Assembly (NCBI GenBank): GCA_001179505.1
Contig: CDMY01000287.1
Coordinates: 69,598 to 133,597, forward strand
DNA length: 64,000 bases
Direction: 5' to 3'
Source: Vitrella brassicaformis CCMP3155
Taxonomy: Eukaryota; Protista; Chromerida
How positions within the stretch are numbered: position 1 is the first letter of the stretch; the number at the start of each line of letters is the position of its first letter. The position numbers and the translations under genes were made by a program. Below the pieces are notes generated by a model that did not search any database, was not told the DNA's origin, and worked only from the letters and a program-made list of their open reading frames with translations. Shown piece after piece: positions 37,852-51,245 of the stretch.

Positions 37852-39225
37852 ATGAGTAGCACTAACGAGCACTGCCTAGGTGGGCACTCTTGATACATGG
37901 GATGTCGCATCTGAGGCGTATCTTTCTGTTTGTTCTTCGCCCCTCCCTCAGTTTTCATCGCAGCCCTCGACCTGGCTCCCCACGGCGGACCGGTTCACGA
38001 CGCGCAGCTGGACCACCACGGCAAGCGGCTGGCGACTGCGTCGGCGGACCAGTCCATCCGGATCTGGGACGTGTCGACGGAGAGGCCGTCGTTCGTGGCG
38101 GAGCTCAAGGGCCACGCGGGCCCCGTGTGGCAGGTGACCTGGTCGCACCCCAAGTTCGGCAGCTGCCTGGCGTCGTGCGGCTCCGACAAGAGGGTTCATC
38201 GTGTGGAAGAAGGAGATGGGCATGAGCCACGAGGGAGGGGCAGACGGCGGGCAGGGCGAGAACTGGCAGCTGGTCTACGAGAGCCAAGACCACGGGGCGT
38301 CCGTCAATGGGGTGGCCTGGGCGCCGTGGCAGTACGGGCCGTATCTCGCTTCAGGTGAGTGACCAACACTCGGTGACCGACCGACAGAGAGAGGAGAGGG
38401 AGATCTGATGACGCATTCGTTTTCTTCTCTCTCTATGTGTGTGTCGCAGCGTCGTCTGACGGCAAGATCGGCATTCTGCATCACAGCCCCGCCGACCAGC
38501 AGTGGGTGCGCACCGAGTTCCACGCCCACACCAACGGTGTGAACGCCGTATCCTGGGCCCCCAGCGGCCCCGCCACACACGGGCCATCACTCGGTCCCAT
38601 GAGGATGGTCAGCGGCGGAGCCGACAACCAGGTGAACGAATGGGCGATGGACGAGGGGAGGGAGGGAGACCACTGGTACATCATAGGTGTGTGGTAGAGT
38701 GTATGTCGTGTGTGTGTTTAGGTGAAGCTGTGGCAGTACGACGACCGGTCCCAGAAGTGGGTCGAGCTCGCGGGCATCGACGCGGAGAACGGCCACACTG
38801 ACGTCATCAGGGACGTGGCATGGCGGCCCAACATAGTGGGGGCCCCCAGCAGCACCATCGCCTCATGCTCAGAGGACAAGACGGTCATCATTTGGACACA
38901 GGTGACACACACACACACACACACATATATACACACAGCCCCCTATAGGCACCAATCACTGCATGTGTCTGTGTGTGTTAGGAGATGGAGGGTCAGCCAT
39001 GGAAGAAGGCCCAGGTGATCCAGCTGGACGGCCCCGTCAGGCGCGTCGACTGGTCCGTCTCCGGCAGCCTCCTCGCCGTGGCCTGCGCCGACAAGCAGGT
39101 GCTCCTCTACAAGGAGAACCTCCAGGGCAAGTGGGAGGAGATGATCACCAACCTCAGCCACACACAAGCGCCACCACCTCTACAGCAGCAGCAGCATGGC
39201 CAGCCGGAGGAGCTCCTCCCGGCAG
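37852..39225 (+). pseudogene. SEC13: Sec13 (WD40, COPII/nucleoporin) with a +1 frameshift and no stop of its own
   Basis: HGGPVHDAQLDHHGKRLATASADQSIRIWDV, LKGHAGPVWQVTWSHPKFGSCLASCGSDKR, then a frame shift at 38194-38197 to IVWKKE..HGASVNGVAWAPWQYGPYLAS; SSDG; HAHTNGVNAVSWAP; SGGADNQVKLW; GHTDVIRDVAWRP; IASCSEDKTVIIW; VDWSVSGSLLAVACADKQVLLYKENLQGKWE. Confidence 0.88.
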
Positions 39226-39299
39226 GTGTGCACAGGACAGCAAAGAAAGAAGTCACACACTCGTTGCTTCTCACTCTCCGTCATCTTATGTTTGTTGTA

Positions 39300-41389
39300 G
39301 CCCCGCCTGAAGGGTGGCTGCCGGGAGACGAGCGGAGGGTGCCCATGTGGGCCTATCTAATGCGAGGCGAGAGGGACCTACGAGATGGCGACACCGACGA
39401 CCAAGCGGCTGGTATGTGTGTGTGTGTGTGTGTGTGGTGGAGTGGAGTGCGGGAGATTGTATGTGTCCGTCCGTCTTGTTTGTTTTGTCTGACTGTATGC
39501 AGCCCATCGCATGCAGCAGGTCCTGGCCTTCGGCGGCGTCAAGCTACAACAGTCAGAGGACACTGGAGCGGGTAACAGATATATATGGAGTCCAGCCACA
39601 CGTGCCGCGCACACTCATTGTGGTTGCCGCTTATATGTTGTGTGCAGGCCGGGGCGACACCAACACCAACGACGACGACACCAACGACACCAAGCACAAG
39701 CCAGCAATGCTTCGGGGAGAAGAGAAGTCTGACACAACTAAGGTCCATTGCTGCTGTCTGCGTGTGTTGTCGTGTGTGTGTGCAGGGTGTCGCCATGGGG
39801 ACGATGTCGACCAGGGTACGTGAGCCAGAATGACACGAAGGGCAGCCGAACACGCCGACCATCGTCCCATTGTCTCCCATGTGTGCAGGAGTCCCTCCCC
39901 GCGTCACCAACGGCCAAGGCCAAGCCCAAGGTATCCACACACGAGCAGCAGTATCGTGACGCACACAAACACAGACACATTGCCCTTCTGTGGCCTGTGT
40001 GTGTGGTTGGTCGGGTGCAGCAGCCTGCCTTCCACGCCCAGCCAGCCGAGCAGCAGGAGGACGACCAAGAGGACGACCACAGCCCAGAGAAACAAGAAGG
40101 TACTACGTCAATACCTAGAGAGATACGCGTACATCTGTCCTATAGCACATGGGGGCTTCCGTGTTCGTTGTCTCATGTCATTTCTGCAGGAGAGGAGCAA
40201 GACGACGCGACGGCCGCGCAGAGGGCGGGTAGGAGGAATCAATCAGTGATCATCGCACGGCAGAGATGGACGTGCTCACTGTGTCTGTGGTGCTGCAGCC
40301 GTGGAGCGGACCGAGCGGGAGGGCATCGACGAGGAGGCCTCGGATGACCACGAGGGTATGTCTGTGTGTGTGAGGGCGACACATCACTATGCACACACAC
40401 ACCGTTGTGTGTTGGGCTGTGTGTATCGATTGCAGATGTCTGGGTAGAGGATGACCAGCGACAGCACGACCACACTGTTCACAGCCACCCGCAGTGGTTT
40501 TTGGGCGGTCACGGCGACGGTAAGAGTGCGTTGATGTCTGAGAGGGTAAGGATAAAGGCCTTGCCATTGTTGCGTTGGGTGATTCAGACGAGCAGCGGCC
40601 TGACGACGACAGAGCCGAGCTGGCGGCAGGTACGTATTCACCGCATGGGCATGAAGACACACACATGTCAAGTCAACGGATGTCTGTTCTGTGTGTACGC
40701 CCACTGATGGATTGCAGAGGACGACGAGCGGCCTGAGGTCGACAATGAGGCGCCGGAGATCGCTGAGGTGGTGGTCCAGCAGCAGGCCCAGCAGCAGCAG
40801 GGCGAGCAGCAGCAGGACCAAGAGGAGCAGGCGCCAGAGGCCGTTGGATGGACTCCTGGAGTCGTGCTAGCGACGGTGAGCGCATCATCAGTGTGTCCAT
40901 ACGTACACACACCCATTGTCGCTTCCTGCTGTGTTGTGTCAGCGCGTCATCACGAAAACCATTGGCTACAGAGTGGTGGTTCGTGAGCGACACACATGAG
41001 TGGATGGATGGACTGATGTGTGTCCGCATCTCGCGCTTTCTGTTTGTCTCTGTGTGCCTGGTGTGTCAGGCGGTCGTGCCCTCGCCCAGTCGCCCGCCCA
41101 CCATCCTGAGACACAGCTGGCTCCCACAGCCGGTGGGTGAATGGATGGACGTCAGGGAGGAGGTCTTCATGAGGGATCTCCCTGGTGCGTTGTGTGTTGT
41201 CAGTCGCTGCCGCTGCCCACCATGACGCCGCCAGCTGCTCACCACCGCCGACGTGAGATGCACTCACCGTACACATATACACATACGAGTGCGGCGAATA
41301 AGGCGGACAGACACTTAATTGTGTGTTGACTGACCTTTGCTGTTGAATGACCGTGTGCAGGGACAAGCGTCAAGGCCTGCTGCCGCTGA
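39300..41389 (+). CDS. Plus-strand micro-exon family unit ending TSVKACCR*, spliced onto Sec13
   Basis: Exons PMWAYLMRGERDLRD, GVAMGTMSTR, ESLPASPTAKAKPK, a diverged W cassette (DVWVEDDQRQHDHTVHSHPQWFLGGHGDG), GWTPGVVLAT, RHHENHW/RxITKTIGYRVV-type exon, and a terminal exon with TGA at 41387-41389. Confidence 0.5.
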
Positions 41390-43430
41390 TCACTCGCTCA
41401 CTCCACCGCTCCCGCCCTCACTCACTCACTCACTGCCTGCCTGCCTGCCTGCCTGACTCACTGTGTGGTCAGCACCTGCCTGCGGTTTCTCGGTGTCTCT
41501 CAGTCTGCCGCTCTCTCCCTCCCTGTGACGCGTGTGCGGGTGATGCATGGTGGGTGATGGATGGTGTGGTTGGGGAAATTGGGTCAAGGCCATGGAGAGG
41601 GCGCACACACACTCACACAAAGACACTTACACGCATTGGGCTGGTCGAGTGGATGGGTAAGTGGGTGGATCCAGATTTGGCTCGTGAGATGCGTGCTCTT
41701 GGTGTGTGTGGTGCGATTGGACGACGACTGGCCGCCTCGATTGACTCCTTCCTTCCTCTTGACTGCCTGCCTGCCTGCCTGGGTGGCTGGCCGATTGGTT
41801 CATCCTTCCTCCCTCCCTTCATCTGTTCGTTTTTTGGCCTTTTGCGCGACCGACTGACTGACTAACTGACTGACTGATTCCATAGCCTACTCGTCTGTCG
41901 AAGTGGAGGAGAGGGAGGGAGGGAGGGGACACGCCTCGTGGCACGCATTCTATCTACTGGCGGCGGGTCTGGAGGGGAAGGGCTGCTCTTCTACAGTGAC
42001 TGACTACTCGCTGACTCACTCACTGCATCACTCACTGCCCCATGCGATTCGCTGGCCTACATGTCTGTCGGTGCCATCGTCTCGCCCGGCTGCCTGCCTG
42101 TCTATCTGCCTGTCGATCTACTCGCCCGCCCGCCCGCCCGTCCGTCTGTCTGTCTGCCTGTCTGCCTGCCGAACGAACGAATTGAGAGTCTGGCTGCTGC
42201 ATGCTGCATGAATGGCTGACGTGGGCCACAATGGGAGGGAGAGAGAGGGAGGGTGGTGGGGGGAGAGGGGCAGAGGGACAGGGACAGGGAGAGGGACAGG
42301 GAGAGAGAAGTGCCACTTCTCTGGGATGAATGGCTGGATGGCTGGATGGTCAATTCATGGCTGCCTGCTTGATAGACAGACAGACAGGTCGATGAGCTGA
42401 CGAGCGAGCGAGTGAGTGAGCGATGTGTGTGGATGCTCCTGCAAGAAAGAAAGGGCCGCGACGAGCACTCTCTGGCGGGGAAATGCCTGTCAGATGCTTC
42501 ACCTCTTGTGGTGTGGTTGTGTCTTCTCTCTGTGTGCTCTCCCGAGCTCGACATCGCTGCACCGGTGGTGTGCGGCGGCGAGAACCGAGAGAAGCACACA
42601 CGATGACACAGACGCTTCGCATGTATGGCTGGCCGACCACCACACACACACACACACACACACACATGTACTCTTATGCAGATAAGATCTGTATCCGTAG
42701 TTTTTTTTTTCATTTTTGCGGCTTACTGGCATGGCATAAGATGGCAGTTGGGCATGGCTGGCTGGCCGGCCGGCCGGCCGGCCGGCCGCCACACAGCATA
42801 CATACCATCACATGAGCCGACACAGACAGCACAGCACGCTTTTGTCTGGGAGTGTGGGTTATTTTGCCGTCACCAGGGAGATAGGCAGGCAGCCAGTTGG
42901 TTCCGTGACTCGTGTGGCGACACTCGCTGGATGGATGGATGGCTGTGGTGTGGGTGTGTCTGCCGCGACCATCAGGGTTATGACCGTCATCATCATCATC
43001 ATCACTACGATGGTGCGTGAGGCGTGGCGACGGTCGTACTTCGTGTCTATCTCCTGACCACCAACACACAACACAACACAACACACAGCATGACTCTCAC
43101 GTCTGCCTGCGTGATGTGGTGGGTGTGGGTGTGGATGTGGCCTTCGTGCGTTTGCGATGAGGATTCTCCGTGTGGACTGATGTGTACGTCACGTCAAGTG
43201 TGGCAAACCTTTTGTACTTCTCACACGCACACACACACACACACAGAGGTCTGGGGCCGCAGCACTCAGTCAGCTAGCTACCGACAGACAGGATCAGTGT
43301 GTGTGTTCATGTGCGGTGTGTGTGGTGGCTCGCCAGCCACTGAGTGAGCCAATAGACACGACCTGACCTGACCTGCTCTTCGCTTCACTTGTCGCACAGC
43401 AATAGATACCAAACCGGTAGACAGACTTCA
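39860..43430 (+). repeat. Right arm of the inverted duplication
   Basis: Mirror-order homology to 31650-35420. Confidence 0.7.
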
Positions 43431-43843
43431 TGTGCATGTCCGTTTCAGGCCGTCATGAGGATTGGCTTGGGAATTGACATTTGTGTACTGTGGGGTGCCG
43501 TGCACGTGGAGACAGATATGCTCATTTGCTTATTTGGTGTACTCACACGCACGGACACACGCCTTTGGATACTCATTGACGGGCGAACATGTCAGCGGCA
43601 CTTGACAAAGGGCGCATCGCGCGCTGTGCATGTCACTGAGAGTGATGCCCATCCGACGAGGACGTCTCACCAAGTGTCTCAGCCACCCAAAACAGAGCAC
43701 AGGGATGTCAGATCAGGCTACATGACAGACTCAGGCGTCGCAAACAGAGCAGAGAAACCAATCACCAAAATGCCAGACACACCACAGCCGAGTAATCCCC
43801 CCTCCCGTCCCTCCTATCAGACGCAAGGCAGGCATTGGTGGCC

Positions 43844-44880
43844 TCACTTGGTCACATGCAGCACCTCTATCTCCGTCGCCGTGAAGGCAATGGCCCCCCC
43901 AAGCACTGCGTCACCGTCCCGATCTCTCTCCCCGCGATAGCCGTCCGGCAAATTGTGCTTGCATGTGTACTGTCGGCACTCACATATGCTGCCAGCCGGC
44001 GGGTTGCCCACACCGCCATCGCCAAGCGACAGGTGCACTCCGATGACCACATTCGCCGCGGACGCGACGTTCTTGACTGTGCCCGTCGTGAAGACGAACT
44101 GGTCAGCCCGGGGCATTTCGATCTTAGTTGGGCGGGTGTAGTGGCCTGCCAGTGAGAAGTGCCACACGTCACTCGCGTAGCGGTGGCCGCCGAAGGTGCC
44201 GCCTGGCAGCTGGAGGCCGCCACCGATCGAGCAGCCGAATATGGTCTGCTCCTTGTGGATTATGAACACCAGGCCCTTCTTGTTGCCGACTCGGAACAGT
44301 AGGTCGCCATAACTGTTGCCGTGGATAGAGGAGCTGCCATGTTGTTGCCACAGACACAGAAACACCGCGTCAATGTGGCGTTCTGGCGGCCTGTCTTCAG
44401 ACCTACCGGTAGAGCGACACGAGTTTGATCTTGCTATCCCCAAACAGGTGGAGCAGCCCATAATACTGTGAAACCGAGAGGGACGTGCTCGCGCACACAG
44501 CAGGCTGTGTGACGACACACATACAAAAATACAGATGATGCCAGGGGCATTGCGAGTCGTCTTTGTCTATGTGTGGACACACCAGAGGCGCGAGTGATCG
44601 CTTTGAAGCAGTGTCGAAGTACAGGTCGCCCACTTGTCGCTCAGCCCTGCAACCCATCAGCAAGACATCAACGAGGAGCATGCCTGGATGGTGTGCTATG
44701 CATTCTCACTCACCGTGTGATTTGATCACGTATTGTCTGCCCTCCTCCCATGGCGCTAGGGGTGGTTGCGTGGACCAACTCCCACTGCTGAAACACGGCT
44801 TCTCTGCCCATGTAGTTGTCCTTCACGTACAGCTCGGGCGTAACGACCCTGATCAACCCACGCCCCACGCACAAATGTAT
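43844..44880 (-). CDS. TLDc-domain protein, copy 1 (apparently intact)
   Basis: KLVSLYR|SSIHGNSYGDLLFRVGNKKGLVFIIHKEQTIFGCSI..VWHFSLAGHY..LGGAIAFTATEIEVLHV. Upstream exon YVKDNYMGREAVFQQWE. Confidence 0.75.
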
Positions 44881-45959
44881 AACCCCCTGCCAATCTGCCA
44901 TCCATGTGTGAGTCACTTTGTGTGCCGGCGGGTGTACCTGCAGATGGGACAGGGGCACACCCGATGCCCAACAGGGTCCTGGCGGTAGACAGCTTCGCGG
45001 GTCATGATCTCATGAATGCACTGACACACACACCAAAGCAACACACACCGATGGAAGGCCTGACACTCTCAGGCCGTCAGCAACATTACCCCTGCGCAGA
45101 ACGAATGGCCTGAATGAATGAGAATGGACAAAGCACAGTATGTGGGCAGAGATAGATGAAACTCTCCGCATGTGTTTTGCTGCCGTACCATAGATAGGGT
45201 TCCTTGCACACAGCGCATTCCGTGATTCTGGACGCCATCGAGGGGTAGATCTACTGCAGATCTCACCCAGAAGCTGAAGACAATCGAGGTCGCTTGGTGA
45301 TGAATCACAGAAATTCTGACTGTCGGCTCTCTTACCTCTTCTCTTGCACCTCAGATCACACTTCTCAGATCACACCTCTTCTCTCATCCCAGGGCTCCTA
45401 CGCTTAAGATCCCCATTGTAAGCTCGCATTTGGGGAAACGGTCGCTTATGACTGCAGGTCATACGGCGAGGACAAGAGGCGCCCGGCCGGACGCACATCG
45501 GCATGTTTGTGTCGTCGCGTCCACTCATCGGTTCGAAGGCCGCGCCGGTCGTCTGCACGTGTGGCGTGTATGAAGAGGAGTACCACTCCCATGGCGAGAA
45601 GGCACCAAAGATACTCAGATGCGGTCAGCGAATGTCTGTGTGTGGGGGGCCTTCGTGTGGGGCAACCTTGACGGGCTTGATGATGGTTTGTTTCTTTGTT
45701 GGTTCTCAGGTCACTCGTCCTGTTCGAAGGTGAGGGAAAACACCGCCGCTCAGCCCCTCCCTCTCTGTTCCTCAGTGTGTATATATTCGTCTCACTCTGT
45801 GTCTCCTGTATCCATCTGATTTCAGTGTATTGGCAAACTGACACGGCCCAATGCGCAGGGCGAAAGGGCGGTCATCTGCCCCACATGCAGGTAAGCAGAC
45901 ACTGCACAGCAGCCGATCACATGTACGGCGGCATTTAATTGTTTGTCTGTCTATCAGAG

Positions 45960-47006
45960 TCGAAACGATAAAGGTGGACGTTCGCAGCAACTATATGGGT
46001 CGAGATGCGGTCGCCCAGCAGTGGGAGGCCAGGGACGATCTCGTCATGAGAATCAACACGTATGTAAGACAGAAGCGGAGGGAGACGGTATACTGCGTAG
46101 CAAAAGCGTGGTAATAAGAGGGTTATGAGTGTTCATTACTCTCTTCTTCTGTATTGTTTAATCGGCTGCAGTGTGGAGCGCAATGTCGGCGACCTGGCGG
46201 TCACGGCATCCTGATCGCAATGCCTTCTCACTCCCCTGGTATGCAAAGAGAGATCATCCACACAGCAAGCTGAAAAGTACTCTATCATGTGCTCGTGCGT
46301 ACCGTCTTTGCAGCCGCGTGTACCGAAGACTCCGCCTGTGGGCAGCTCCCTTCGTTTGTGGGAGTATGAAGGTTTCTGTCTTCTGCTCGGTGACCGCCAG
46401 AAGAAACTGGAATCGCTCTATCGGTAGGCAAACAGATCATGTATCCCTCACTCATGTCTCTTTAGTTGTGTCTCTCTCTGGGTTTTCTATGTCATTCCAT
46501 GCAGTGCATCAGTGCATGGTTCAGCGTATAGAGATCTGCTCAGGTTGGTCGGCAACAAGATCAATCTCATCGTGCTGATCCGCAAGGACCGATATGTCTT
46601 CGGCGCTTACACGAGTAAAGGACTGCAGCCGCCGGCCGATGCGACCGGCTCCAATTTGTATCGCTGCAATGTGTGGCCCTACTCGATGATCGGGCACTTC
46701 GGCAAAGTCACCAAGATTTTCATTCCACGAAAGCACCAATTGGTGTATGTGGACGGCCAGTCGGGGGCCGCGGGCGGCGTCGCGCACATCAAGATCGGCG
46801 ACTACGTGGCCGATCACTTCCTGTGGCTGGGCTATGACGGGCAGGGCAATGGAGCTGCTGCCGATATCCGCAGCTGCGGGCAGCGCAGCGCCCGTCAGTA
46901 TGTGCCTGATGGCTTTCGAGGGAAGAGGGACGATAAGGGGAGGGCGCTGTTTGGGGGCAGTGAGTTGTTTGTGGCCGATGAGCTGGAAATTCTGCATGCT
47001 TTTTAG
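45960..47006 (+). CDS. TLDc-domain protein, copy 2 (apparently intact)
   Basis: KLESLYR|ASVHGSAYRDLLRLVGNKINLIVLIRKDRYVFGAYTS..FLWLG..LFGGSELFVADELEILHAF*. Upstream exon DVRSNYMGRDAVAQQWE. Confidence 0.78.
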
Positions 47007-47289
47007 TGGTGAAGTGGTGAAATGGCTGCTCGCATTTCTCATTGACTGTTGTGCTGCTTGACATGTCTCTTCTTTTTCTTGCCGACATTGCATTTCTGCG
47101 ATTCATCATGTGTCAACGACATCAATATATTGACGTCTTTCGATGCACGCAAGGGTCTCATCGATCAAACAAGTCACTGACTGTCCAATATAAAATGAAG
47201 GCAGCGATAAGAAAACCATCTCTATCACTTCCGCCGTGTGTACGCATACTGTCATACTGTCATGTCATAGACCGCTTCAGCAAGCCGAC

Positions 47290-47550
47290 CAATTGATCAA
47301 ACGTGTTGATGAGGGCCGACAGACACTGACCGCTTCGGCAAGTCTTGCTGATTGATGAGAAGAACCACACGGTCGTGCTGTACGTGTTGGTGGCGGTCGC
47401 GTCGGCGGGGGGCTGCAGGCCCTCGTGGATGTAGGCGCCGAACACACTGCGAGTGGAATTGGGACGGCGGATGAGCAGCAGCAAGGGGCTCTTCTCGCGA
47501 ACTCGCTACAGCAGCACGGCAAAGCCACCACCGTGCACGGTGGCTCTGAC
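47290..47550 (-). pseudogene. TLDc fragment, copy 3, with an in-frame TAG
   Basis: ATVHGGGFAVLL*RVREKSPLLLLIRRPNSTRSVFGAYIHEGLQPPADATATNTYSTTVWFFS; TAG at 47506-47508. Confidence 0.65.
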
Positions 47551-47909
47551 ACAGCACAATGCAACATCTGTGGTGGGGGGGATGCGTGTGTGCGTGTGTG
47601 CGTGCCTGCCTGCCTACCGATAGAGCGATTCGAGGCTTGCTCTGCGGTTGCCGACGAGGAAATTCAGCGCCTCGCGCTCCCACAGTCGCAACGAGCTGCC
47701 GACAGGAAGCGGCAGCGGCACATGTGGCTGCACCCATTACATAACCCACCCACACACACGGAATGAATATCAGGCTTCCTGTCGACGTGTGCGAACAAGT
47801 GCTACCAGGGGATTGAGGAGTTCCTACACCGATCTGTTGAAGAGAGGCCCCACGCTACGCTCCACACTGCACACGACAGCACAACTCGATCGGCTCGTGC
47901 CTATCGAGA

Positions 47910-48143
47910 TCACTCACATGGCGATTCTGACGCGCAGCTGCTCTCGAAGTGGCCGATGACAGAGAAGAACCACACTGCGGTGCGGTAGACGTTGCTGGTG
48001 GTGGTGTGGGCGGGCGGCTGCAGCCTTTCACTCGTGTAAGCGCCGAAGACATATCGGTCCTTGCGGATCAGCACGATGAGATTGATCATGTTGCCGACCA
48101 ACCTGAGCAGATCTCTGTACGCTGAACCGTGCACTGATGCACT
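47910..48143 (-). pseudogene. TLDc fragment, copy 4, an inverted near-identical duplicate of the 5' part of the main exon of copy 2
   Basis: ASVHGSAYRDLLRLVGNMINLIVLIRKDRYVFGAYTSERLQPP matches 46502-46635 almost base for base, then truncates. Confidence 0.7.
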
Positions 48144-49279
48144 GCACGGAAGAGAGACATACACAGGGCATCTTTGTCACTCAGGCGAAGCTCTTTATGC
48201 CTTTCACCTTATGCAGAGGCGAAGAGAATAAGAAACCCACATCATGAGTTGGGCTGCCAAACAGCATGTGGCTGGGTTGAGCTTTGCATGGACGGCTGGC
48301 CTGGACGCATCTCATGCCAATGACGGCTGTGTCTGGTCAGCAGGTAACTCTTCTCCAGCTGCTGGCTGTACCGTGTATGCCTGCCTGCCTGGCTTTCTTC
48401 TTTCGCTGACCCCGGTGGGTGACCAAGCGCGGCGCTGTGAGAGCATGAAACGTCGAAACTACACGCACCACAAACACAAGACGCAAGCATTCTGGTCGGT
48501 CAGTGTGTGTGTAGCGGCCTCGATGCTCTTTCTTGTCCGCTACTTGCGCTCTGAGCTTGGTCATGTGTACGGAGGTCGCACTTGCCTCCTCTCGGCTGCA
48601 TCCATCCGTCGACAGCAGGACAGACAGACAGACAGACAGACAGATAGACACAGGCCATCTGCTGATCTGTACACGACATGTGTGCCCTGTGCCCGATTGT
48701 ATTACCCTTCCTGCGCAACTCGTCATGGCGATTGCGAATGACGGCAGTGAGTGCTGACTGACAAAGACAGACAGACAGACAGACAGCGGAAGCGTGAACG
48801 AAGGGAAGGTATTCATAAGTCTGGGAAGCATTTTCAGTCAACTCTCACTCCTCAGTTTCCGTGACGAGCCGCGTCACCGTCTTCTGCAGCAAGTCCTGCT
48901 TGGGCAAGGTGACCTTTGAAAAGACACACAGCACGCAACACCAAAAAAGCGTAGTTCAGTCTTTCTCTCTTTCTCTCGTTATGTGTGTGTGTGTCTTCGC
49001 AGTCATCCGCGTCGTCTTGGTCATCTTCTTTGCCCTATCGCAGGAGAGACACAACCACACACAGAGAGACGAGTCAGACGACGTGGTTTGGAGGCTAAAG
49101 TCACCTTGTGGGACGAGACATGAGCCGAGAAGCCAAAGAGATATGAGACCGCCAGATGTAAAACTCAGCAAGCAATTCCTGTAACCTCTTCATCATCCTC
49201 AGCCGCTCTGAAAGGTACAGACACCCCACACAAATGCAGACAGCACAGAGCCTCACGTCTGTTTCATCTTATTCATGCC

Positions 49280-51245
49280 TTACCCAGACATTTCCCGTCG
49301 AAGGTGCAAGCAAGTCGAGGAGACAGGAGACCACCAGATATAAAATGTAGCCAGCGATATCTGCATAGACAAACAGTCCTTCTTTTCCCCGCCCACTGAT
49401 CTATCGGCGCAAAGGTACGGACCCTTGCGCCGCTCCGCCGCCTTGAGCGCAGCGGGCTGGATGGGTGCGGGCCCAACGGCCTGACAGGGAAGACACCAGG
49501 CACAGAGCAACAAACATGGCTGAGATGCGATGCGGACACCATTGCTGAGCAGTTCTTGTGGTCACTGCACCCACCAGCAGCCGATAGCCTAAAGTTCGTC
49601 GCATCGTCCGCTGACAAGACACACAGCAGGGAACAAACGAGTTGATGAATCCACCAGCCATTAATGCATTCACAGTGTCCTCACCACGACGATGGGCGGG
49701 CGCAATTGGGTCCAGGCCTGGCTCCACAGGTAGACGTACTTGTGCTGCACAGATCGACAGACGACAGATGAATAAACATGGAGGGAGGGAGGGAGGGGCG
49801 TGTGTGCAGTCGAGTTGATGATACATACCTGGATGGCCGCCGGCTGCTGCTGGTCGTCCTGCTGCTCGTCGTCCTGCTCGACGGGCCCCTCCCGCTCGGC
49901 CGCCTCCTCTGCAGACGGACAGACAGACAGACAGACAGACCGACAGGGAGAGAGAGAGAGCCAGTAGCCCGTCAGTCAGTTAGTCAGTCACCCCATTTGC
50001 CCCCTCACTCATACACACACACATGCAGGTTGGCACAGCACAGCACAGCACAGCCCCCTCAGCGGCAGCAGGTCTTGATCAGCGACGGCCCTGCTCACAC
50101 AGAGAGAGATAAACAGAAGGAACCCATACAAATCTACCCCACAGTAAATGTGCCCGCGTGTGTGTGTGTGGACATCTTACGGCGATGTGCAGCAGAGTGG
50201 ATCGGCACGGGCTCGACCGCCTGACAGACAAGACACCAGGCACAGAGAAACAAACATGGCTGAGATGCGGACACCATTGCTGGGCAGTTCCTGTGGTCAC
50301 TCCACCCACCACCAGGCGATAAGCGACGTTCGTCTCGTTGTCCACTGACAAGACATAGGAGGGAGCAAATGCGTTGATGCGAAAATCAGCCATTAATGCA
50401 TTCACAATCTCCTCACCACAACAACGGGTGGTCGAACTTGGATCCAGGCCTCACTCCACAACTGGACGTACTTGTGCTGCACCTGCTTGCCACACGGCAG
50501 GCAGATGGACACACATGGACAGAGGGACGTGTGTGCAGTCGAGTTGATGATACCTGGATGGCCGCCGGCTGCTGGTCGTCCTGCTGCTCGTGCTGCTCGT
50601 CGAGAGCCTCCCTGTCCCTCTCGGCCGCCTCCTCTGCAGACCGGCAGACAGACAGACAGACAGAGACCCCATGAGCAAAGAATGTCGACAGGGTGTTTGT
50701 GCGCACATTCGGGGCCTTGTCTGGTCACTCAGTCCTGCGTACCTTGCTGCCGCTTCTGCTCATGCTGCTCCTCCTCGGCGGCCTCCTGCTCGGCCACCTC
50801 GCGGCGCTGCTCCTGCCCGGCGGCCCTCAAGCGGCGCTGCTCCTCCTCCTTGGCGGCCATCTCGCGGCGCTGCTCTTCCTCCTCGGCGGCCATCTTGCGG
50901 CGCTGCTCCTCCTCGGCGGCCACCTCGCGGGCCTCCTCACCTGGATCAGCCACGCACACACACAGTGTCACACACAGTTCCCATCGACGAATGTGCATTT
51001 GTCGATAATGTATTGCCCCCGCACCCACCGTTGTCGTCCTGGTCGCCCTCGGCCTGCGGGAGGTCTCCCCGCTGCTCGAAGTGGCGGGCGAACTCATCTG
51101 AAAAAACGACAGACCAGCAGGGCATGACCATGAGGCAGGCGCGCTGAGACCAGGCACACTCAAATGGTACCTGCGTCCTCTGCATCGTCTTGGTCGTCCT
51201 GCTGGTGCTCCTTGTGGGCGTGGTGGGCCTGCTGCTGCACAGCCA
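49280..51245 (-). pseudogene. Two micro-exon family units (one ending LIKTCCR*, one with a replaced 3' end)
   Basis: DEFARHFEQRGDLPQAEGDQDDN, GEEAREVAAEEEQRRKMAAEEEEQRR.., VQHKYVQLWSEAWIQVRPPVVV, stop at 50059-50061. A 1-nt deletion lies in the RTTRRTV exon near 50325. Confidence 0.6.
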
